Assembly (NCBI GenBank): GCA_965205265.1
Contig: CBDBGH010000003.1
Location: 4,544,001-4,608,000 of the forward strand
DNA from: Alphaproteobacteria bacterium
GTDB taxonomy: Bacteria > Pseudomonadota > Alphaproteobacteria > Bin95
DNA length: 64,000 bases
Direction of reading: 5' to 3'
Each line of letters begins with the position of its first letter. Position 1 is the stretch's first letter. Shown in pieces: positions 43,104 to 52,675 of the stretch. Below the pieces are notes generated by a model, which was given only the letters and a program-made list of their open reading frames with translations, was not told the DNA's origin and did no database searches. The position numbers were made by a program, and so were the translations under genes.

Positions 43104-44474
43104 ATGCCCGTCATTCGCAGCCTCGCCATCGCGTTCGGCGTCTTCCTGGTGCTGGCGGCAACCGTCGTTCACGCCCGGGCGGAGAGCACGGACCGCGCCG
43201 TCGTCCGGGCGTTCCTGACCCTGCTCGCCGGGGAGGCGAACGATAAAGGGCACGCGGTTCAGCTGATCGAGACGCAATGGGAACCGTCATTCCTGCCGAT
43301 GGCTCTCGAGGCAATCCGCCTGACCCGCAGCGCCGAGGTCTCCGGCGCCCTGGTGAGAATCATGGAACGGGAAACCGGCGCCCGGCTCGGCCACGACCTC
43401 AACGCCTGGCAACGCAGGATGTGGAACGCGCCCGAGGCGCGGCACCCGCGCTATGCTGCCTTCAAGAGCGCGCTCTACAGCCTCATCGACCCGCGGTTCT
43501 CGGCCTATTTCGACACGGGCGGCGAAACGCTCATCCGGCTCGACGAGATCGTCTGGGGCGGTGTGCGGCAGGACGGCATCCCGCCGCTTCGCGACCCGGC
43601 GATGCTGGCCGCGGAGGACGCCGGCTATCTGGAGGACGACCACATCGTGTTCGGCCTCTCCGTCAACGGCGACGCCCGCGCCTATCCGAAGCGCATCCTC
43701 GGCTGGCACGAGATGTTCGTCGACACCGTCGGCGGCGTGCCGGTCGCCGGGGTGTACTGCACGCTCTGCGGCACCGTGATCCTCTACTACACAGAGCATG
43801 AAGGCGTGAATCACGAACTCGGCACGAGCGGCTTCCTCTACCGTTCCAACAAGCTCATGTACGACCGGGCAACCCAGTCGCTGTGGAGCACGATGCTGGG
43901 CGCGCCGGTCGTCGGGCCGCTTGCCGGGAAGGGCATCGCGCTGAAGAGCGGGGCCGTGGTGACGACCAGTTGGGGCGAGTGGCGCCGGCGGCACCCCGGA
44001 ACCCGGGTGCTCTCGCTCGATACCGGCTTCCTGCGCAACTACGCCGAAGGGGCCGCCTACCGCGACTACTACGCGACCGACGAACTGATGTTCCCGGTCC
44101 CGGTCCTCGACACCCGGCTGAAGAACAAGGACGAGGTGTTCACGCTGCTGCTCCCCGGTCACCCCGAGGCGCCGCTCGCCATATCGGCCGCGTTCCTCGC
44201 CGCAAAGCCCGTCCATCACGATGCGATCGAAGGCACGGCGCTGGTGGTGCTCACCGATCCGTCGGGCGCGAACCGCGCCTATGCGAGCGAAGAGGTGACG
44301 TTCGCGCGGTGGGACGGCGACCGGCGCGCGGAGGACAGCTCCGGTGCGATCTGGACGATGGACGAGCACGCGCTGACCGCCGAGGACGGGCGTGCGCTCC
44401 GCCGTATCCCGGCGCAGCGGGCGTTCTGGTTCGGCTGGTACGCCGCGTTCCCGAACACACGGCTGGTGCAATAG
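43104..44474 (+). CDS. DUF3179-like exported protein with CxxC
   Basis: DGIPPL, ARAYP, WHEM, YCTLCG, GTSGFLYRSNKLMYD, FWFGWYAAFP. Confidence 0.82.
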   Translation: MPVIRSLAIAFGVFLVLAATVVHARAESTDRAVVRAFLTLLAGEANDKGHAVQLIETQWEPSFLPMALEAIRLTRSAEVSGALVRIMERETGARLGHDLNAWQRRMWNAPEARHPRYAAFKSALYSLIDPRFSAYFDTGGETLIRLDEIVWGGVRQDGIPPLRDPAMLAAEDAGYLEDDHIVFGLSVNGDARAYPKRILGWHEMFVDTVGGVPVAGVYCTLCGTVILYYTEHEGVNHELGTSGFLYRSNKLMYDRATQSLWSTMLGAPVVGPLAGKGIALKSGAVVTTSWGEWRRRHPGTRVLSLDTGFLRNYAEGAAYRDYYATDELMFPVPVLDTRLKNKDEVFTLLLPGHPEAPLAISAAFLAAKPVHHDAIEGTALVVLTDPSGANRAYASEEVTFARWDGDRRAEDSSGAIWTMDEHALTAEDGRALRRIPAQRAFWFGWYAAFPNTRLVQ

Positions 44475-44854
44475 CGGGCCGGCTCACCCTGCGGCGCCGC
44501 GAAGGGGTTCCGCAACCCGTACGCGAACAGGCGGACAGCCACTGTCAGCCGGACGCAACCCGATGAATTTCAGCAATATTTTTGGAAGCAGCGTTTAACA
44601 TGTATCGGGATCAGATGTGCCGCTGAATTCGGAATGGCGAAATGAGACTGCGCGGACCCGCTCGGCCGCATCGGCCGGGTTTGGACGCCGGACCGACGCG
44701 GATATTGACTGCGGGCTATTGCGACGACGCCCGCCACTGACACAAGAGCCTGCCGACCATAGGCGGAGACGATAGGGGGATATGGGGCGACGATGACGCC
44801 CAAGCCCGCAGCAGGCGTGATCGATCCAGCGTTGCGGACTGGTGCGGGTGGACT

Positions 44855-45025
44855 GGAGCTGGGTTTCGCCTATACCGTCGCTGACCGAGTGCTGTTTCTC
44901 CAGAACGGCAGGATTCTCGAGCAGAGCGACCCGAAATCCGTGCTGCTCGACCCCGAAGAGGAAGGGACCCGGAATTTCCTGCGCGGCCACAGTTCGTTCC
45001 GTTTGCCCTGTCCGCAGGAGAATAG
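44855..45025 (+). pseudogene. C-terminal remnant of amino-acid ABC transporter ATPase
   Basis: ELGFAYTVADRVLFLQNGRILEQ...TRNFL, no Walker A/B upstream. Confidence 0.65.
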
Positions 45026-45036
45026 GCGGCAAGTTC

Positions 45037-45960
45037 ATGAAAGCAGAATTCCCCCGGACGACGCATGAGGCGGAGGAAGACGACCGCAACCGCGACATCC
45101 GGATCTATGTCAATGGCGAGATCCTGCATCGCGACGAGGCGAAGGTCTCGGTTTACGATTCCGGCTTCCTGCTGGGCGACGGCATGTGGGAGGGCATGCG
45201 GCTCCATAACGGCAAATGGGCCTTCTTCGACGACCACATGGACCGGCTGTTCGACGGCTGCAAGGCGGTCTCTCTGGATATTGGCATGGACCGCGGTGAG
45301 ATTGCGGCCGCACTCCACCGGACGGCCGAGGCGAACGGCATGACGGATGACGCGCATTGCCGGTTGATGGTCACGCGCGGCGTCAAGGCCAAACCCTTTC
45401 AGCATCCGAGCCTCTCGCGCTCCGGGCCGACAGTGGTCATCATCATCGAGCATTCCCGCCCGGTGGACCGGTTCGCGGAACGCGGCGTCCGCCTGGCGAC
45501 GGTGCCGCAGGTGCGCGGCCTGCCGCATTCCCAGGACGCCAAGCTCAACTCGCATTCCAAGCTGAACTGCGTCATCGCGAGCCTCCAGGCCGAGGCGGCC
45601 GGCACCGACGAGGCGCTAATGCTCGACCCGCACGGCTTCGTCAACACGACCAACTCCTGCAATTTCTTCGCGGTCCGGCGCGGCGAGGTCTGGACCTCGC
45701 CCGGCGCCTACTGCATGAACGGCGTCACGCGGGGCAAGGTGATCGAACTTTGCCGGGCGAACGGCATCCCGGTGTTCGAGAAGAATTTCTCGCTTTACGA
45801 GGCCTACAGCGCGGATGAGGCGTTCCTGACGGGCACGTTCGGTGCACAGACGCCGGTCGGCGAAATCGACGGCAGGCAGCTCGGCTCGGGCTATGCCGGG
45901 CCCGTCACAAGGCGTATCCGCGCCCTCTATGAGGACCTTGTCAGGACCGATACGGAATAG
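45037..45960 (+). CDS. Class IV aminotransferase (D-amino acid / branched-chain type)
   Basis: VSVYDSGFLLGDGMWEG, KLNSHSKLN, GVTR, ADEAFLTGT. Confidence 0.9.
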   Translation: MKAEFPRTTHEAEEDDRNRDIRIYVNGEILHRDEAKVSVYDSGFLLGDGMWEGMRLHNGKWAFFDDHMDRLFDGCKAVSLDIGMDRGEIAAALHRTAEANGMTDDAHCRLMVTRGVKAKPFQHPSLSRSGPTVVIIIEHSRPVDRFAERGVRLATVPQVRGLPHSQDAKLNSHSKLNCVIASLQAEAAGTDEALMLDPHGFVNTTNSCNFFAVRRGEVWTSPGAYCMNGVTRGKVIELCRANGIPVFEKNFSLYEAYSADEAFLTGTFGAQTPVGEIDGRQLGSGYAGPVTRRIRALYEDLVRTDTE

Positions 45961-46192
45961 GCGATGACCGCAGCGCTTTCTTCCCGCGAGCCGCTGGCCG
46001 GCGCAGCGAGGCACGGACAGATCGTCCACGCCCTGCGGGCGGTCGCAGCCGACGCCCGCCCGGATCCGGAGACGCCGCAACAATACGTCCTGTTCGGAGA
46101 CCGGATGGAGCCTTGCCGAAAGCAGTGCCATACATCCAGAACGCCCGGGGACTTGCGGGCGGTCCGGGGTCTTTCGGGGAGGAAGCGGCCGG

Positions 46193-48124
46193 CTAGGATT
46201 CGGCCCGCTTCCGCATGAAGCGGCCGGCGGCGAAGACCCCGGCCAGAACCGCCAGGCCCACGGCGTCGCTTTCGAGCCCCGGGAAGAGGAAGGCGGCGGC
46301 GGCGGCAAGAAGCGGCAGGCGCAGCGGCCATTCGATGCGGCCGACGCCGTACAGCCATCCTTCGAACCCGGCGGCCATCAGCCAGACGGCGATAATCGCC
46401 GTGCCGGTATCGTGCAGGATATCGAAGAACCCGCCCTCCAGGATCAAGGTCGGAGTCAGCACGAACAGGAAGGGCAAGATGAAGTTGATGATGCCCATGC
46501 GCATCGCCGTGAAGCCGGTGCGCAACGCATTGGAGCCGGAGATCGTCGAGGCCGCGACCGCCGCCAGCGCCACCGGCGGGGTGATGTAGGAGAGCATGCC
46601 CCAATAGAGGATGAACAGGTGGCTTGCGATGACATTCAGGCCGGCTTCCTGCAGCGCCGGGCCGAGCACGATCGCAAGGAAGATGTAGCAGGCGCTGACC
46701 GTCATTCCCATGCCGAGCACGAAACTCGTGACCGCGCCCATGGCGAGCAGAAACAACACGTCGTCGCCGGCGAGCAGCACCAGTTCGCTCGAAAAGGCGG
46801 GACCCACGCCGGTGAAGGAGAGCGCGCCCACGATCATGCCGATGCCGACCAGTATGCCGACGATATTGGCGATATTGCGCGCCGCATCGTCGAGCAGGTC
46901 GAGAAGCTGAACGGGACGAAAGGGGATACGGCCCGGCGCGAGCTTCGACATAACCGCCGAGGACAGAAGCAACACCAGGGTTGCGTAATAGGGCGCCTGG
47001 CTTTCCACGCCGACCCAGATCAGCAGGTAGATCAGTACGGCGAGACTGAACAGGAAGTGCCAACCGTCCGCGAGAACGGCGCCGAGTTTGGGAATTTCCG
47101 AACGATCCTGACCCACGAGGCCGTTTCGGGCGGCGAAGTTATCCGCCTGCAACAGCAGCGCCAGGTAAAACAGCACGGCCGGCACAAGCGCCGCGATAAC
47201 GACCGTCGCGTAGGAGATGTTGAGGATCTCGGCCATGATGAAGGCGACCACGCCCATAACCGGCGGCATCAGCGCGCCGCCGGTCGAGGCGCAGGCTTCT
47301 ACCGAGGCCGCATAGGTCGGCGGATACCCTGTGCGCCGCATGGTCGGGATGGTGAGTTTCCCGGTCGTTACGACATTGGAGATGACGCTGCCGGAAAGCG
47401 AACCGAAGAAGCCGCTGGAGAGCACGGCGACCTTCGCCGGCCCGCCCCGCGTCGTGCCCATGAGCGCGGTTGCAAACGACATGAAGAACTCGCCGCCGCC
47501 GGTAATCGCCAGCGCCGAACCGAAGACGAGGAAGCCGATCAGGATCGACGACACCGCCCGCATCGGCACTCCGATAATGCTCTCGGTGCCCATGGCATGA
47601 ACCCGCACGACTTCTTCGAACGGGCTTTCCGGCCCCCACATGAAGCCCGGCATCTGCTCTGCGAACAGCGGGTAGAGGAAAAAGAATCCGCAGATCGCGA
47701 AGAGTATCCAGCCGCCGATGCGGCGCACGGCTTCCAGTGCAAGCAGGCAGACCAGTCCGGCAATGACCGTGGCGTCGGTCGGGGCCAGGATGTCCCATCC
47801 CTCCTGAATGATGCGCTCGCCGTTCCAGGCAAGGTACAGTCCCGACGCGATCGCCAGGGCGAAGAGGGCCCAATCGTAGATGGGTATATGGTGGAAGGCC
47901 TTCTTGTGCGCCGGGTAAATGACAAAAACAAGCGACAGAAAGAGCGCGACGAGAATGTAGTAATAGGAGGTGTCGATCATCAGGTGGTCGACGAAGAACT
48001 GGAGATTGTAGATCTGGTTTATATGCAGAAAAATTCCCACAAAACCGAAAACCATAATCAATGGACGGGCGATTCCTCCTTTGCCGCGAACCGGCAGTCC
48101 CGAGGGTTCTTTGGCTTCGGTCAT
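46193..48124 (-). CDS. TRAP fused 4TM/12TM permease (TAXI system)
   Basis: GGPAKVAV, EACASTGGALMPPVMG, ITPPVAL. Confidence 0.92.
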   Translation of the reverse strand: MTEAKEPSGLPVRGKGGIARPLIMVFGFVGIFLHINQIYNLQFFVDHLMIDTSYYYILVALFLSLVFVIYPAHKKAFHHIPIYDWALFALAIASGLYLAWNGERIIQEGWDILAPTDATVIAGLVCLLALEAVRRIGGWILFAICGFFFLYPLFAEQMPGFMWGPESPFEEVVRVHAMGTESIIGVPMRAVSSILIGFLVFGSALAITGGGEFFMSFATALMGTTRGGPAKVAVLSSGFFGSLSGSVISNVVTTGKLTIPTMRRTGYPPTYAASVEACASTGGALMPPVMGVVAFIMAEILNISYATVVIAALVPAVLFYLALLLQADNFAARNGLVGQDRSEIPKLGAVLADGWHFLFSLAVLIYLLIWVGVESQAPYYATLVLLLSSAVMSKLAPGRIPFRPVQLLDLLDDAARNIANIVGILVGIGMIVGALSFTGVGPAFSSELVLLAGDDVLFLLAMGAVTSFVLGMGMTVSACYIFLAIVLGPALQEAGLNVIASHLFILYWGMLSYITPPVALAAVAASTISGSNALRTGFTAMRMGIINFILPFLFVLTPTLILEGGFFDILHDTGTAIIAVWLMAAGFEGWLYGVGRIEWPLRLPLLAAAAAFLFPGLESDAVGLAVLAGVFAAGRFMRKRAES

Positions 48125-48150
48125 GTCGGTCTTCTCATCGTATCGGGAGG

Positions 48151-48200
48151 CTCACAAGAAACTCCCCCGCCCGCATGGGGCGGGGGAGCGCCGTTGTGAG
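48151..48200. terminator. Long intergenic hairpin between TAXI binding protein and permease genes
   Basis: CTCACAA...CTCCCCCGCCC-GCATG-GGGCGGGGGAG...TTGTGAG. Confidence 0.6.
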
Positions 48201-48211
48201 TCGAAAACGGC

Positions 48212-49378
48212 TTAGAGGTGTTCGTCGCGGTAGCGCTGCCACCAGGCGGGCCATTCCGCAGCGACATCCACTTTCTCTTTCTTTTCCCGCTTCTCCAGGC
48301 GCATGGCGTCGAAATCGGCGTTTGCCATCTCCCAGACCTCGATGACCTTTTCGAGCCGCGCAAGCCGCTCGTCGTGCCACGCCTGGTCTTCCGCCGTCCA
48401 GTAGCCCTTTTCCTTGGCGTAGCGGATCGAGCCTTCGTGCCAGGGCGCGTCCGCCGGCGGGCGGCCCGCCTTGTCGAGGGCCCAGTTGAAGGAGCTCGCC
48501 GTGGTGTTCTTGTAGTCGTCGAAGCTCATGTCGAGAGCCTTGACGAGGTTATAGACCTCATCGGCGCTCTGACGGGCATAGGTGGTAATCATCGGGTAGC
48601 GGTAGCCCACCAGCCATGCCGGATTCTCTTCCGAAAGGCCTGCGCCCCGCGTTTCTTCGACCGGCTTGACGAAGCTGATGATGCTCTTCATCGCGTCCCA
48701 GCCGGCCTTGTTCTCCGGCCGGAAGGGCGGCCAGTAGAGGCCGCGCGGGCTGGCCTCGATCTGGCGCATGTTCGCCGAAGTCGTCACGCTGCCGAAGGCG
48801 TCGAGCTGATTGGCCAGCAGCGCATCCTTCATGGCCCGGTAGCTGCCGAACCAGACCTGCTGTACGTCGTCCCGGGTGAGGCCGCCGAAAGCCAGGTAGC
48901 CGTCGTTCTTGACGTTGACGGAGGGGTTGGCCTTCACGAAGCCGATGCGCTTGCCCTTGAGGTCGGAGATTTCCTTGACGCCGATATCCGCAGCCGTCGC
49001 GAGCCCTACCGCAGCGACACGCCCGACGACGATCCGGAGGTCCTGCGGCCCCCATTCGCGCACGCCGAAATCGTATGTGCCTTCGGCGGCGAAGAAAGCC
49101 TCGTTGGCGAGGAAGCCGTAGGACACCTTGCCGGTCGTGATCGGCAACAGGCGGCCGATCGAAGTGCCGGCGGGCACGATTCGGATACGGGTTCCGAAGT
49201 TCTTCCTGAAGGCATTGGCGATGCCTGCGGCTTCGGCATAGCCGGATGAGCCGAGGTCGTAGGCGCTCCAGACCATGGATTTGGGAAGTTTCGGCGCGTG
49301 GCCATCAGCAGCAGCGACGCCCGCAAAGGCGATCGCGGCAGCGCCGGCGACGAGGCCGGTTGCGATGCGCGAAGTCAT
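48212..49378 (-). CDS. TAXI family TRAP solute-binding protein
   Basis: Signal peptide, YDLGSSGY, DLKGKRI, PWHEGSIRY; upstream of fused permease. Confidence 0.9.
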   Translation of the reverse strand: MTSRIATGLVAGAAAIAFAGVAAADGHAPKLPKSMVWSAYDLGSSGYAEAAGIANAFRKNFGTRIRIVPAGTSIGRLLPITTGKVSYGFLANEAFFAAEGTYDFGVREWGPQDLRIVVGRVAAVGLATAADIGVKEISDLKGKRIGFVKANPSVNVKNDGYLAFGGLTRDDVQQVWFGSYRAMKDALLANQLDAFGSVTTSANMRQIEASPRGLYWPPFRPENKAGWDAMKSIISFVKPVEETRGAGLSEENPAWLVGYRYPMITTYARQSADEVYNLVKALDMSFDDYKNTTASSFNWALDKAGRPPADAPWHEGSIRYAKEKGYWTAEDQAWHDERLARLEKVIEVWEMANADFDAMRLEKREKKEKVDVAAEWPAWWQRYRDEHL

Positions 49379-50033
49379 ATTGGGTCGATTCTCCCGTTTG
49401 CGAAAAAGCGGTCGCCTATGTGAGGACGACCGCCCGGCCGCGTCCGTCCGGGACGCGACGAAGATCGACTATAGCCTTTCTCGTCGAGTTTGAGGAGCGG
49501 GTGGGCGCTGAATTCCGAGGCCAGGGCGGTGAGGCCAGGGCGGGCCAGGTATTCGGGGCCGAGGTCCTGCCGGCCTGTGCAACCCATCGGGTCGAGCGCG
49601 GTCACTACCTCGTCCTTGCGTCCACGGCGCATCGGAGCCCGATATTGCAGAACGGCCAGGCCTCAAGAGTGCCAATTTCAGCTTGCTCTCGGCCTTTCGG
49701 TGCTCTCCCGACCTTGTCCCGCTTGCAGCCGCCTTTGTGGCCGCCCCTGAAGACCGGCGTCTATTCGCGAAGCAGTCCGGCACTCTGTCCGGTGCGCGCC
49801 CGCTCCGGACAGAGAGTTCGTGCGTCGCACTTCGACCTGCAATTGCATTCGCGTCGAGGGCGGGGGTCCGGTTTGTGGCGGGGCGGCCCATGGCTCCCAT
49901 TTCGCGGTGCGGTTGCTGCTGGCGTTGCGGACGCGGGCGCCGATGAATCCGGTCCTGCCGGAGCGGAAGAGGGCCGGTTTCCGCCGGAGCCGTCCCCGTT
50001 CAGCAACCGGCGGATCCGTTCAGGACATGATGT

Positions 50034-50597
50034 TTACGAAGAGAACCTTGCAGCCGCCCGGGAAAACCCTGGCGGGTTCTCACGCCGCGGGTTCCTTGAT
50101 GGCGTCCGGCCAGATCCGCACGAGCGTCCGGTTGCGCTCCTCCGTCGAGTGGCCCCACTCGACATCCTTGAGCCCCGCGCCGACCCCGTAGCCCGACCAG
50201 CCGGTCCAGACAATGCGTTCAGATCCTCAAGGCGGGCATAGACATAATAGTTGTCCTGCCGGGTCCAGACCACGTCGAGGCGGCTGCCGTCGGGAAAGTC
50301 GAACCGGAGAGGTTCGAGGCCTCCGCGGTCGGCCCGGTCGAGAATGTCGAGGACCGGTTCGCAGGGCTCGCCGTTCCGGTCCTCGGTCCGGACGACCTCT
50401 TCGGGCAGATCGATGCCGTGTTCCAGCAGGTCGAGCTTCTGTCCGTTCAACCGGACCCAGACATCGTCCTGCTTATAGAGGCCGACATGGAGCGGCCCGT
50501 CGCCGAGCACGACATGGCCGTGGGGATTCTCCCGGATCTCCTTGTTGACCTCTTCCCGGGGCACGTCCTGGGCCGCGAAGGCGAAGCCGGGCCACAC
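50034..50597 (-). CDS. Hypothetical protein, possibly frameshifted/degraded
   Basis: Protein-like composition for about 130 aa; best RBS+ATG (MAYSS, ~50649) is in another frame. Confidence 0.4.
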   Translation of the reverse strand: MWPGFAFAAQDVPREEVNKEIRENPHGHVVLGDGPLHVGLYKQDDVWVRLNGQKLDLLEHGIDLPEEVVRTEDRNGEPCEPVLDILDRADRGGLEPLRFDFPDGSRLDVVWTRQDNYYVYARLEDLNALSGPAGRATGSARGSRMSSGATRRRSATGRSCGSGRTPSRNPRRENPPGFSRAAARFSS

Positions 50598-52093
50598 GCC
50601 TGGAACGGTTTCCGCCCGGTCGGAAATCTCCGTGGGAACTGTAGGCCATCGTCTCGTTCTCCTGCTCCGGCCTCCAACCGGGGTCGATCGGCCGGGCGCC
50701 GGAAACCGGTTTGCAGTTCGGGAATTTTACAAGAGCCTCTTCCCGTAATATCGTCGTCCCATCTTCAGGGGGAAGCTGTGGCTCGCCCGCGAGGCCGAAC
50801 GGTCCCGGGGGCTTCCCTGTCATTGAACCGACTTCGAGAGCGCCGCTTCGCTGTCATCGACTGCGGCCTCCATTGCGGCCGAGGCGCCGCAACGAGCCCC
50901 TGCCGGCATCCTTGCAACGGCGCAAGCGCTTAGGCTGGCAGGACGCGCCGGACTTTCGAGGGGACGGGGCCGAATTGCAGGCCCGGTTCCGGCTTATGGC
51001 GCAAACCGCATCCGTGGCGCGTCGGTCCGAAGCCGGGCCGACCCATGACATGCCGGTCCGGACAGGACCGGCGGATAACCGGGAGTAGGATCGAGCTATG
51101 GAAAGTGTGTCCCTGTCGACGAAGAACTCGGAGTTTGAACTCGAACGCCAGAGCTACAGCGACGACCCGCTGGAGGATCGCGAAACCGATCTCTACCGCG
51201 GCGAGTACATCCTGTCCTTTGTGGAGAAGTGGGACGAGCTGATTAACTGGGCGGCGCGCGCCGAGAGCGAGGGACAGTTTTTCATCGATGTGCTTCGCGC
51301 CCGGGGCAAGGCATCCGTGTTGGATGTCGCCTGCGGCACGGGGTTCCACTCGGTGCGCCTGACCGAGGCCGGCTTCGATGTGACATCGAGCGACGGGTCG
51401 GCCACGATGCTGGCCAAGGCCTTCGAGAACGCCAGGGCGCGCGGGCTGATCCTCAAGACGGTCCAGGCCGACTGGCGTTGGCTGAACCGTCACATCCAGG
51501 GCAAGTACGATGCGATCATCTGCCTCGGCAACTCGTTCACCCACCTGCATGAGGAGCAGGACCGCCGCCGCGCCCTGGCCGAGTTCTACGCCGCGCTGAA
51601 GCATGACGGGATGCTGATCCTGGACCAGCGCAACTACGACGCCATGCTGGACGAGGGCTTTTCATCGAAGCACAAATACTACTACTGCGGCGACGAGGTG
51701 AATGCGGAGCCCGAATATATCGACGACAGCCTCGTCCGGATGAAATACAGCTTCGCCGACGGTTCCGACTACACGCTCAACCTCAGTCCGATCCGCAAGA
51801 ATTACATGCGCCGGCTGCTCGGCGAGGCCGGGTTCGCGCGGGTACGCACCTATGGCGACTTCCAGGAGACTTACGCCGAGAACGAGCCGGACTTCTTCAT
51901 TCATATCGCCGAGAAATCCACGCTGCATGTCGTGCGCTGGGGCGGCGGCGTCCGCGAGGAGGGCGAGAGCGACGTTCGCGACATCACCGAGGACTATTAC
52001 GACAGCGACGACGCCGACACGTTCTACTCGATGGTCTGGGGCGGCGAGGACCTGCATCTCGGCATCTACGAGACGACGCAGGACATTCGCGAG

Positions 52094-52308
52094 GCCAGCG
52101 CCGAAACCGTCGACCGGATGATGGCGATGCTGCCGGGTATCGGCCCCGGCTCCCGCGTTCTGGACATCGGCGCCGGCTATGGCGGCTCGGTGCGGCGCGT
52201 CGTCGGGCGGACCGGCTGCACGGCGACATGCCTCAACATCTCCGAGACGCAGAACGACACCAACCGGGCCAGGAACCGGCAGGCGAAACTCGGCAGCCGG
52301 ATATCGGT
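52094..52308 (+). repeat. 215-bp target duplication, left copy
   Basis: GCCAGCGCCGAAACC...GGATATCGGT repeated at 56232-56446. Confidence 0.95.
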
Positions 52309-52427
52309 CCTGACTTCGACGGTTGGGCTGACTTCTGACCGATCTCGCGTCTGGAGTTTTCAGTAAAGCCAATGAGTTGGCAGTTGCGGTGCGGTCAAGC
52401 TGCGTTGTAGTGCCTAGTAAATCTTTG

Positions 52428-52518
52428 AGACTGTCAATGCCTCCGCCACGCGCTACACTCCCCCCATGTTCGTGCGCATCAAGACCTCCCCCAACAGCCC
52501 GCGACGCTCGGTCCAGAT
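52428..52518 (+). repeat. 91-bp target duplication of inner IS, left copy
   Basis: AGACTGTCAATG...GTCCAGAT repeated at 54435-54525 directly after the inner right IR. Confidence 0.93.
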
Positions 52519-52640
52519 CCTGACTTCGACGGTTGGGCTGACTTCTGACCGATCTCGCGTCTGGAGTTTTCAGTAAAGCCAATGAGTTGGCAGTTGCGGT
52601 GCGGTCAAGCTGCGTTGTAGTGCCTAGTAAATCTTTGAGA

Positions 52641-52669
52641 CTGTCAATGCCTCCGCCACGCGCTACACT
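52641..52669 (+). promoter_or_regulatory. Putative sigma70 promoter of transposase (probably leaderless)
   Basis: CTGTCA-17 bp-TACACT, 6 C then ATG, no SD; also at 52431-52459 and 54438-54466. Confidence 0.5.
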
Positions 52670-52675
52670 CCCCCC

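Noticed and set aside
43104-44474. Selenoprotein possibility for the DUF3179-like gene
   Set aside because: The motif is CTLC with ordinary Cys codons and no in-frame TGA.
44762-44771. GGCGGAGACG shared with 58469-58478 as a possible att repeat
   Set aside because: Only 10 bp, GC-rich, and does not match this tRNA's 3' end; likely chance.
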